Below are positions 1-11,090 of a stretch of 51,732 bases of DNA, piece by piece. The notes below the pieces were generated by a model, which did not search any database, was not told the origin of the DNA, and was given only the letters and a program-made list of their open reading frames with translations. Both the position numbers and the translations under genes were made by a program. The first letter of the stretch is position 1, and each line of letters begins with the position of its first letter. The DNA comes from Guillardia theta CCMP2712 (taxonomy: Eukaryota > Protista > Cryptophyta): the NCBI RefSeq assembly GCF_000315625.1, contig NW_005434651.1, positions 92,205-143,936 on the forward strand, written 5' to 3'.

Positions 1-3000
1 TTACCTTACCTTCCCTTCCCTTCCCTGACCTCCCCTTCCTTCTTCCTCTCTCAATTCTCTTCTATCCTTGTTCCCTTCTCTCCTCTCCTCACTGGTTACT
101 ACTTTCTCTCATCTGCTCCTCTCATCTCTTTTATTCTCTCTCGACTCATTCCTACCTCCGATACGTGTAGATGATCCAGCGCGAGCCTCGACCTGCACCT
201 TCCTCAGTGACCTGCGCAGCCCCCCCGCCCCCCCCCCTTCCCTTCTCCTCCTCCTCCTCCTCCTCCTCCTCCTCCTCCTATTCGGACCTTCCATGAGCAA
301 GGAACGGACAGTGGCTGGTGAACTGAACTTTACAGTACTCGATGATCATCCGACTTCTGTCAAGAGGAAGTCATTTCGACTCTTCTCGTGTGACGACGTC
401 ACCGGTGGATGGTGGTCACAGCAGTGTAAGCTCTGCTCTCGTTTCCTTCTCCTCCCAAGTCGCACCGATGTAGAGTGACCTGAAGAATGTCATGAAACCA
501 GTTGCATTATCAACACCAAACGGTCAATCATCACTATCAACCAGCTTACATTCAATGATCACAACCAACAAGCTTCAGGCATCATCGTCATCATCATAAA
601 GCATCACCAGCGCTGAAGAACTGGAACGTACGGCTGTCACTGGCCCACACGCCAATATGAAACAGTTGTCAAACTTCCATTCACCCCCAACAATCCCAAC
701 GGTTGCGATTCTTTTGGCATCAGCCCATAAACTTGATAAATCTTCTAGCGTTTGGATCATCCCGTCCTCCTCGTCCTCCCCCCTTGCTCCCTCCTCCTCC
801 TCCCCCTCGTCGTCGTCGTCGTCGACGATCTTCTCCTTCCACTGGTATCGCTTACCCCCCTCGTGCTTCTCCTCCACCTTCTCCTCCCGCTTGTACCCCT
901 TGTGCACCTTCAGCCCCTTTGCCTCCTTACGCTTCTCCTCTTCTTTGCGCCTCCTCCGCCCCTTCAGTTCCTCCTGCTCCTCCTGCTCCTCCTGCTCCTC
1001 CTGCCCCGTGTGCCCCTTGTGCTCCTGCTTCTCCCCTTTCTCATGCTGCTCTTGCAGCTCTCGCACTTCCTCGGCTAACTTCTCCTCCTTTCTAATCTCC
1101 TCCTCGTTATCTTCGAACCCTGGGAACAAAATCTCGTGCTGGAGATCGCAGTCAACGGAGCTGCTCAAGTTCAGAGTTTCTCACCTCGAACTTCATCTTT
1201 ACGCGCTTCTGCTCTGCTCGCCGGACGTGGAAGGAGATATTTCTGACCTCACCGGAACCATACTTCTGAAGCACAACCGGAATCGTGACTCTCGTCTCCT
1301 CTGCGAATCCTTCTCCCATCAGAGTGATGTTCCTTCCCACCCCGCGAATCCTTTCATCATCCTGCGATGGTGGTACCTTGTCCCATTCCATCAGGTCAGG
1401 GTGAGATAGCTTGCCCTTGCTACGTTGTGAGCCTCTTGGCAGAGTGTAGGTAGAGCCTTGAGAACAAGAGTTATCGCCAAGTGTTTTCTCTTTAGCCTCC
1501 ACAGCAAATTCTCACCTGATACCTTCAGACTCGTGCTTCTCAAAGAAGCGAGAGGGATTAGAGTACCGCTCGCATTCCTCGATCTCCCCCCCCCCCCCTC
1601 TCCTTGCTCCTTCATGGTCCTGCTAGTCTCTTTCTTGCGTTTGCTCGCAAGTCCTGAGCTCATTCTGCTCACGCCGATCGATTCATTAAAGACAAATGTC
1701 TCCTTCTCCTTGTCTTTCTCCTCTTTGGGATTCTGGATTGAAGCGCTTCGTACCCAAGGCCAACTGTAGGCACATCGAATCAGACAGGAAAAGCAAGCAA
1801 GGGAGGCTGGTGCATCATAGAAACATCACATTTTCTTTTCATCACCCTCAACACATTCTTACGAAACATCATCTGCATCTTACGAAACATCATCTGCATC
1901 AGAATACATTCATCCATGGGTCAAGTGACCTCTTGTCCGGATGTAGCAGAGGCATGTCACCGCTGGCATTGAGTTGTCTGTGCAGAAACGTCAACTCCTA
2001 GCGATCAGATCGTATGCTGGTTCAAAAGAAATCCAAAGACAAAGATAAGTTGGGTCCAAAGGAGCAGGGAAAGATGGGAAGATTGTGTGGAAGAGTGGAA
2101 ATCAGAGGAGAGGGGAGGGGAGGGTAGGGGAGGAGGGGTACTTTTGAATCTCCGGTGTCAGGGGATTATCAAGGACCGTCAAACATCCCCTGACATTAAG
2201 ATGTCAAGGAAACGATCAGCATCGACTCAAAAAGTAATGCTACGTCTCGAAATCGAAGATGTAATGGAACTCAGGTCTCTTGACATCCTCTTCATCCACT
2301 TCCTCCTCATCGATCTCGTGCTCATTGATGCAGATTGTTTGATTCCCGATGGTAACGTTCAAGGAGATGTTGTTGTTGAAAATGTTTGTACAGTAACATT
2401 TCTCCAGCTGAAAGGAAGGAAGCATTGACAACGAAATATCTAGAGCAACACCTTACCTTGAGTGAGCGGCACCGGTCGCAATCTTGCGTTACATTCACAT
2501 TTTCGAATGGACAAGTCGCGTCCCACTCTTCGTTCTGCGCAAGAATCCTCTCAACCAGGTCCTTGGGAGCATATTTCATGGCGAATTGCTGTTGCAAACA
2601 ACAAGAACTTCACTTGTAAGGCATGGTCATCATCATGAGATAATTTCCTTTCTTTCGGGGCCAAACTTGATACCCACAGGCAGATCTCTGATAATTGCTC
2701 AGTCTAGACGATTCGGCACGTGGAATCGTGTCCAACCTTTCCTCCTCCTCCCTCAGAAATCTCGTTTGGTTCAGGCTTTCCCTCCTCAGATCTTTGCGGA
2801 GATTCTTCAGACCTGCACATTCTCATGAGCGACCGATCACGATGATCTTCGATGGCTCAATCACCTTCTCTCACCACCACTTTCTTCTCATCCTGCTTCA
2901 GCTCCTTCCACTCCTCCTGGTCTGACTTGCCGTCACGACATGACGATATGCACACTCACCGCTCACTCAACAATCTTGTTCGGTTGGTTTGCAACCAAAA

Positions 3001-3898
3001 CTGCTTCACGGCTACACAGATTCAGAGGCATCACATCAACATTCCAAATCATTGCCTTCTTCTAGAACTTCCTGATTGTAATCAACACTCCCATCGGGCT
3101 GAGAGACTTCGTCAGCTTGCGCAGCGAAAACTTTTCAGCTCCTCACGCGTATTCTCTTGCGGAGCTCGTTTGAGATGAAGTTGGAGAGCAGCTAAACAAA
3201 GCTTCAGCTCCAGGACAAGAAACAAGCGCTCTCTTTTACCCGAGAGTCGTCTTTCTGCTTCTCCTCCAGCCTTTGCTTCTTGTTCATGAACCGTCCTGGT
3301 GTTGGTTCAGATGGAGCAACTTTCACTCCAGTCTTGGCATGTATCGATACCGTATGAGGTCAAGAGGTTGAACTTGGAGTAGTTTCTCTCCAGTATCTGC
3401 TGGTGTAGCTCTTTAATCTGTCAAATGACTTTCATTTCCCGCTGTTTCTCAGCTCCATTCCTTCACCTCTTCCGCGAATTTGGGGTCCTTCTTTGCTCGA
3501 ATGGTCAGTTTTTTCTCCTCCCTCTCCCTCCTCTCCTGGCTCTTCCATCTCTTCAAGATCTTTACAGCTTCTTCATCCATCTTCATGATCATCTCTGACT
3601 TCTCAGCTGCTGCTTCCTTCCACGGCGAGCCTTTTTGAAATTCTGAGAACCTCTTCTTGTCCTTTCCCCCGGTCGACTGAATTTTCGGCGAGGGCCTCGG
3701 AGGTTTGCCTCCTCGTTTACGGCTTCCTCCTCCTCTCAGTCTGCACCGCAAGAGGGATCTCAAGATAGCAGCAGGTGTATCCTGGTTGCTCGTTTGAGTG
3801 AGAGCTGAGGGTGCTGAAGGATAAGGCGGGACAAAGAGGAGCAGAGCGACGAAGAGGAAGCGAGAGGGAGCGGCTTTCATGTTTCCTGGAACCTTCAT
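1..3898 (-). CDS. Multi-exon hypothetical protein: N-terminal signal peptide plus RLRGG motif, charged regions, possible C-terminal right-handed beta-helix; 3' end probably runs off the window
   Basis: MKVPGNMKAAPSRFLFVALLLF signal-like start (ATG 3898 or 3880). Chain of short exons joined by GT/GC-AG introns (IKELHQQILERNYSKF|GRFMNKKQRLEEK|LLSNFISNELRKRIR...), plus ORFs 2322-2597, 1152-1502 and 575-1168. WKFDNC...VTLHRC...MIIEYC periodicity resembles a beta-helix. Could be two genes. Confidence 0.55.
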
Positions 3899-4024
3899 GT
3901 TCGCATGGGAGTCCTTCGCAACGTCGGAAGCTCCTAGTAGAAGCACAGCAAGGAGGATCGAACAATCATGACTAGGGCGCTGGCGTGATGCGACGACCAG
4001 CAACAATATCAGCGTGAAGGAAGG

Positions 4025-4230
<206 letters not shown>

Positions 4231-4284
4231 AGGATTCAGGACTTGCGCCTGCTCGCCATGGCAGCCTCCGCAACTTTCGACCAA

Positions 4285-4390
4285 ACCTTGGAACTTTGAA
4301 CTTGAACATTGAAAGTTAAGAATGTTTGAAAGTTTCAAGGGTCAAATTTTTGTGGACAAATTTGAAATTTCAAAATTAGTTTCAAAAGTG
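4285..4390. promoter_or_regulatory. TTGAA/TTCAA-rich putative bidirectional promoter
   Basis: AT-rich patch with clustered TTGAA/TTCAA words, including palindromic TTGAAATTTCAA, between two divergent genes and ending a few nt before ATG 4397. Confidence 0.45.
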
Positions 4391-4396
4391 CCGCCT

Positions 4397-7300
4397 ATGC
4401 AGGGCAGAGCCGACTGTAACGGAGGTCAGGGAGGAGGAGGAGGGGGAGGAGGAGAACACGGAGATGAAGGAAGAGAAGATGGAGAGAAATGGGAGAAGCA
4501 GGATGTCCCAAATCAGGTCTCAGGTCCTTCGGATCAAGATCAACAAGCGCAGGCAGATCAAACACAGGAAGCCATGCCGCTCGAGGGTTCAACTCAACAG
4601 CAAGGGACAGGCATGAAAATGCAGGATGATGGCCAGGAGGCACAAGAGGAGGTGAATTCATAGAGCAAGCCTCATCTGACGTGTTCCGCTGACAGAATGA
4701 CTACCTGTAGGTGCCGGCTGGTTGGAGCCGCGATGGTGATGGGAAACTGAAGCCGATCAAAGGAGAGATCATCGCCGTCGACTTCAACGCCAGTGGATCT
4801 TCCTCCCTCCAGGACAGATTTCGTAACTTCAGGTTGAACAAGATGAAGTCACAGAGGCAGGAGGCAATCAACTCCAAGAAGAAGCAGGAGGAGCGACAAG
4901 ATCCTGCGAAAATGCAGGAGCTACGACAGATGTTCATTGATAGATGCAAGTCGTACTATGGTGTCCCTTACGCCAAGAAGTATCATCAGCCTGACTCTGA
5001 GCTCTACAACTCCAAGAAGTTCCTTGACTGCTGCGGCCTCGTCCGGCAGGTTCTGCGCGACATGAAGAACGAGCTCGGGTTCTCGCCCGGGCCCTGGAAT
5101 CAGGCTTATCAGTTTGACACGCTGCCGGTGCGGTACGAGACATGGCAGGAGATGAAGCCGGGAGATCTAGTCTTTGCTGAGGGCGAGTACGTCAAGCCTG
5201 GCATGAAGCCGCAGCCAGGTAACATCGTCCACGTCGAAGTCTTCCTCGGAGGTGGTACGGAGGGCAAGTCCGTATGCGGAGCCCGTTGGAACTCAGGAGT
5301 CGTTCAGGAGTTTGACAGCTACGAGTTCGCAGCCAAGTCATGGTCGTTGACGAGATGGCACTTCTGCTCCATCGACACCTGGCTGACCGGAGTGTGCAAG
5401 TCGTTCAACCCCGACAGGAAGTGGAAGCGGAAGCAGCAGTGGGTGCCGGGCAGCCGCAGCATCTTCCATGCCGAGGAGGAGGAGGATGAGATGGCCGAGG
5501 ACGAGCTGGATGAACAAGCGGAGGAGGGAAGCGGGTTGAGCAGCAGAGCAGGCAGGAGATTTTTCGTCTCTGACCCGATGAAGTACCGGACGGTGGTGGA
5601 GGCGCTGGCGAGCAAGGGATGGCACCAGGTACCTCGGACCTGAGCTGCTCGTCTCCTCTGAGCCCTCGTTGTCCTTAGATCACGATGAAGGACGCGGAGA
5701 ACCTGAACTTCGACCTCAAGTGGACGGAGACCCTCGTGGAAGTCGACCTGGCGAGGTTTCGCAACAACGAGCAGGTGTAGGTTGCTTCCTGTGGCTCGTA
5801 GCTGCTGACGTCAGTTGCTCTCCCTCAAGATTGTGAATCACATCCCGACGCGCTTCCCGCTCTCAAACTTCAACAAGCTTATCAAGACACTCCGGTCAAG
5901 AGGTCAGCGGTCACTCCCTTGACGAGTCTCCATGAGTGACCGTTGATAACAGACAGACAAATCATGCGAGAACACAAGAAGTCGGAGGAAGGAGCCTTTT
6001 CCTCCTCCTCCTCCTCTCCCTCCTCCTCTCTCATCACCTCGGACAAGTTTGTTCCTCAGGTTGGAAGCTGCCTGCACTCTCTGCCCCGTAGCCGAACTAC
6101 TCTCAGGTTTTCGACGTCACCCTCTCCACGGACAGGATGCATCTGATTCAGATCCTGGAGGAGGGAGAGCAGGTGAAGTAAAGCGAGCGAGAGCAGCAGC
6201 AGAAATTCTTCTTCCCCTCCTCTTGTGCGCTGATCCGATCTTGGTCCTCTGGAAGACACTCGCAGCTTGCCCCTCGTTGCTTTGTTTCCGCCTCCTTCCT
6301 CCTTTGCTGTTCATGGGATTTTATTTGCGAATGGCAGAAGAACGACTCATGGGTGCTCAAGTCGGCGGGAGGATCGCAGGTTGGAATGTGGAGCGCATGG
6401 GGATGAATTCTAGAGTAGAAGACGAGAGGAGAAGGAGAGAAGAAGAGGGAGAAGTTCGCAAGCAGAAGAGGAGAGAGGAGAGAAGGCGGGGGCTGGGGAG
6501 GAGAAGATGGCAGACTCATTTCTTGGTTGCTTGCGCAGAAGACCATCATATCTAGCGATCGAGATGCGCTCCTCGATTCTTTACTCAAGAGAAGTGCCGG
6601 TCCTGACAAGAAAGGATACACCATGATCCAGAAGCACATCGCAGACCCTCTCCTCCTTCAAGATCGCAAGGTCCTCCCATCTCCTCACTCCTCCCTTCCC
6701 TGCTTTTCTGACTCTCTTGTCCTCAGTTTGCAATCCGCTGTTTCGTCCTCATCCCTCAGACTTTCCCGGCGTTCAAAATTCTCTTTCACACTGGGTGAGA
6801 CTCCTTGTGTTCCCCTTCCTCCTCCTCTCCCGTCCTCTCCTCCTCACCTTCACCACTGACAGCTACTGCTGCTCATCCTTTCAACCGCAGGTTGTGTTGT
6901 TCAGCTCTCAAGAGCTACAGCAGAGATCTGCTGGAGGAGGAGGTGCAGGACCCGTTCCTTGGGTTCAGAGTTGGGGACGCGAGCTTTGCCAGGACATGGA
7001 AACAAGCAGAGGCAAGAGCTTATCCCGCCTGCTTACTCCCCTCCTTCCTCCTTCCGCCCTCTTCCTCCCTCCTCCCTCCTCCCTCCACCCTCCTCCCTCT
7101 CCATCCGAGTAGCTGATCAAGATGCAGGAAGCGCTGGCGCAGGAGGGAGCTATCCCACGCGGTTGGTTCGATGACCAGCTGAAGGAGCAGCTGGAGACAA
7201 TCTGCCGAGAGACTTTCTGCGCTGCTAAGAATGATCTTTCCAGGGTCAGGTAAATCTCCTCTGCACCAAGACCATCAATATTTCTTCTGACTTACCTCTA

Positions 7301-7979
7301 TTTCGTTCTCTTTCCTCCCTTCCTCTCTCCACTCTCCTCCCCTCCTCTATCCCCCCTCTCCTCTCTCCTCTTCTCGCTTTTCCCTTCATCCCTTTTGTCC
7401 CCTCCTCTCCTCTTCTTGGTTCCAGGGGTTACTTCGAGCTTTTCTCCGTCGACTTCCTCGTCGACTCCTCACTGAAGCCCTGGCTCCTTCGGGTCAGTCT
7501 CCTCCCTCCTCCAGTCCTCTTGTCTCATAACATCCCCCTCCCCTCCCATCCTCCTTCATGGCCTTCCTCACTTGCCTCCTCCTCTTCCCCAGTCTCCTCC
7601 CCGGACCTCACTGTCTTTCAGGTGGGCAGCAACAAGCATCTCTCTGCTGACGTTCCCGAGCTGCGGCAAGAGCTGTTCAACATCGTCAGCGATGCTCTTG
7701 AAATCGTCCTTGAGCTCAATGAAAAGGTCGCTCCCTTGCCTTCTCCTTCTCCTGCCCTCCTTCCTCTTCTTCTCTCTCCCTACCTGCCCTTCCCGTCCTC
7801 CCGCCTTCCCTCCTGCTCTTCTCACTGGTCGTGACTTCGATGCACAGACTAAGGTAGAGGGAAAATCTCCAGCTATGGAGGAAATGGAGCAACTAAGGTG
7901 CGAGCTGGGAGTCTGTCGGGAGACAGCTGACGAGTCAGCCTGCAGAAAAAGTTCGTTCAAAGTTCTCCTCGAGGAATGA
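4397..7979 (+). CDS. NlpC/P60 (papain-like) domain fused to a degenerate tubulin-tyrosine-ligase-like (ATP-grasp) domain; ~13 exons
   Basis: NlpC/P60 motifs: YYGVPY...LDCCGLVRQV...PGDLVF...HVEVFLG. TTL motifs across spliced exons: NFDLKW, IVNHIP, FVPQVF, WVLKS, IQKHIADPLLLQDRKFAIR, GYFELFSVDFLVDSSLKPWLL. Stop at 7977-7979. Confidence 0.85.
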
Positions 7980-8108
7980 CAGTGAATCTCCGGTTGTCAT
8001 ACAAGACAACCTAGTCAGAAGAACGGGAGAGGAGAGGAGACGATTTATGTTTATGTGATGTCTTACGGTATTAAAAGTAAAGTTAGTTGTTGACATGGCA
8101 ACATGCCT

Positions 8109-10018
8109 TCACACTACGTCCAATCTCTCTCTCTCCCCCTGATAGTTGGAGCCTGGCGCCATGCTGCTAGGGCGGCTGAAGGCGTTCAGCGCATTCTTTG
8201 CGTCCTGTAAGAGCAACGTCAAACAATCTCCCAGCTGAGAAGTTTCCAGCTCACCTCGAGCTGCTTCCTCGTGTCATTCATGGTCGACCTGCTGGGCTGG
8301 GGGCCAGGGTCATGCTCAGCCACCTCCACGTCCTCCGCTCACCGCGATGCTGTTGGGTGACCTGTAGGAGTCGTAGGGAGTGTTGCGTCCAGAGTTCGCC
8401 CTGGGCTGACATCAGAAGTTGACGACCTGGGAAAGCATAGGAAACCTGCTCGACATCCGATCGGACGAGCCGCGAACTACCACGACCTCGTAGTCGACAC
8501 CTCGTCGGAGGATGCCGAGGGTGACGAGGGTGTTGGGAGGGCCCAGCAGGTGCTTCTTGACAGCGTCGACCGAGCGGTTGACCGGCCAGCCGTCGATGCT
8601 CTTGAGCATGTCGCCGACCTCGATCTTCTGCAGGTCGCCGGACTGGATTTGACACCAGGGGGCAACCTCGGTGACGAGCATGCAGGGAAGGGAGGAGTGC
8701 AGGGAGAGGCCGAGACCCACCCCCACCATGGGCGTCTGCGTTTGCATCTGTGACTGCGACTGCATCTGTGACGGGGGCTGACTGATGGGGGTAGGGGTGG
8801 GCTGAGCTGAGAGAGTTGGGCGGCTCTGGAAGGGAACTTGAGCCATGGGGTACCTCGAGCTGGAGTTGGCATATGGGGCCTGGTCGCTGATGGCGCGGCG
8901 GGGGATGAACCTGCGGTTTCCTCTAGACGCGTCTCCTCTGGTGTTCCTCAAGTCCCCTCCTGTTGCTTTGAACCTGTACGCCTCGAGGAGCAGCGACTGG
9001 TCCACCAGGTTGAGCGGCTCGACGCTGTCAGCCATGTCCTTGCTGTCCATCATGGGGAAGCGAACGTACTGCATGATGTTGGCGAGCTTCTCCCGCAGGA
9101 CGTTGGGGTCGATGTCTCCGTACCTCGCCTTACCCCACCTGACTACCGCACTGAAAGCATCCACCTCCTGAATCTGCAGCTCGTCGTTCTCCAGCAGGCG
9201 GCACACGTATGGCTCGGGAACGGCCTCGAAGGTCGGGTTGAGCATGACTGGAGTTGCGTTACGAAGGATGTAGTGTTCGCATCTAGATCAGAATCAGATG
9301 GGCTATGTCAGAACACATTGCTCGCCTGTCCACAGTGTCAGAGAGATTGAACTGTAAGGCTGACGCCAGGAGCACGTTGACAGTCTCCACCTGTTCAGAT
9401 CGAGCAAGTCATCTGGCATGCCCGGACCAACACCCGCTGATTCACCTTGAGGTACGACTCCGCAAACTGGCTGTAAGCTCGGACGAGGGGTTCAATCTGG
9501 TAGTAAGTGCTGACTGACAGAAGCTCAATGGCATGCTCGGGGTTCAAGGACAACTTCCCGCTGCGTGAAAGCATCAGAAAAGGTCGAAGAGGATATAGAG
9601 CTTTGACCTGTACATGTATGTCAGGATGTCGCTGAACGCGTCTGGATCACATTCCACGCGCAATGAGATTCTATTCGACTGCTGCACGGAGGTCAGCAGT
9701 CAGGAACGACTCCTAGAAGCATACCTTTCCACTCAAAGAAGCTAGGCCCTGTAGCTGTTGCGATTGAGCTTGCATGAGCAGCTGCGCGAAGACGCTGCTA
9801 TGCGCTGCGAGCATGTGGCGGTGACAGTTGACGCTCGCCGTCCCGCTTCCCTCGCGTCCAAGGTGAAGTGTGACGTCCCAGAAGCCCTCCTGAGAGGAAT
9901 CAAGTCACTGGAGCGAAGCTGTGGCTGAGAAACAAACATTCTCGGAAAGAGATCGTAGAAGTGAATTCTGAAATTGCTCCATGGCATATTCCTCCAAATC
10001 ATCATTGACAACAGCCAT
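8109..10018 (-). CDS. BTB/POZ-BACK-PDZ domain protein
   Basis: BTB: WDVTLHLG...HRHMLAAHSSVFAQL. BACK: LLENDELQIQEVDAFSAVVRW...VRFPMM. PDZ: GVGLGL...IEVGDMLKSIDG...LLGPPNTLVTL. ATG at 10018; last exons inferred from splice sites. Confidence 0.85.
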
Positions 10019-11090
10019 CGCTAAATCTGTGAGGTGCGCCAAGAAAGTCAGAGTCATCGCAAGTCAGATGAAGTCTTGTCTCGTCATGGTCTCTGACTCT
10101 AGATACTTCTTGTATCATCTTGACGCAACAGTAACAAAGTTGCATCTCTCTTTCGCTACGATACTCATGTTCCGTTCCCACCTTCGTAACTTCCCAAAAG
10201 CATACCCTCAGTCTCTTTACTACCTGTCTGCCACTCTGTTTATGTCCTCTTGTTTCCACATGCTCTTTATCCTAATCTTAGCTCATTTCCTTCCATCATG
10301 GATGGCTTTCTTCAATTTCAAGTCTTCCTATCGCTCTCGTCCATACCTTGCTTTCCCCTTTCGTGTCTTCTTTCAAGTTCCATCTTCTTTCTTGTTCTTC
10401 TACCAACTTCTCTTCTCTTCCTTTCCATCTTCTTCCTTGTTCTTCTACCAACTTCTCTTCTCTTCCTCTTCATCTTCGTCTTCTCACAGCTCTATCTTCT
10501 TCACATCTTCAGCTCTCTTCCATCCTCCTCTGCCTTCTCCTTGGCTTTCATTCAAATTCGCAAAAAAACGTCACCCCTACCCCTACCCCTCCTTCTCATA
10601 CCTACAGCTAGTTTCCACATACCGAACATGAAAGTAATCTAGGTTTAAATTCACTATTTCAGAATAAATTTCGGTCTTTCCCCGAAATTGTACCCACCCC
10701 TCGAGCCTGCTCCTTGACTCTCCCAACTCAGGATGGGACACTCAACCATGGTGGTAGCGCCGAACATACGGCGAAACGATGGTATGGCGATGGAATGAGC
10801 AGAGAACGGGAGCGAGCACAAGGACGATGACACATACCAACAGTTTGCGATGTCTTTTGCTCCTGCTGAACGATCGGCTGAGATAATATCTCCACTGCTG
10901 GCTTACCATCCAAGTGAATGGAGTGAATGGATTAACTCGTAAAGGGATAGCACGAGTATGAGTGGGAAACACACTAGTTCGCACAGGACAGTTGCAAGTG
11001 ACTGATTAAGTTCCAGGTTGTTCAGGGCTACAAGAGAGCTAAGATGAAGTTTTATGTCAATATGAAATCCCTTGCGGTAAATGATTCATT

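Noticed and set aside
1-30. Telomeric repeat at the window start
   Set aside because: Irregular CCTT/CCCTT low-complexity tract like other introns here, not a regular telomere array.
657-1409. Long plus-strand ORF (and similar ones at 39168-39994 and 8838-9350)
   Set aside because: Antisense shadows of real minus-strand exons.
4930-5410. Bacterial contamination or a bacterial cell-wall hydrolase gene
   Set aside because: The domain is in-frame within an intron-containing gene with host-like codon usage, fused to a eukaryotic TTL-like domain.
9981-10642. 216-aa and 130-aa plus-strand ORFs
   Set aside because: Pyrimidine-rich low-complexity intergenic DNA containing a ~39-bp duplication; no domain signal.
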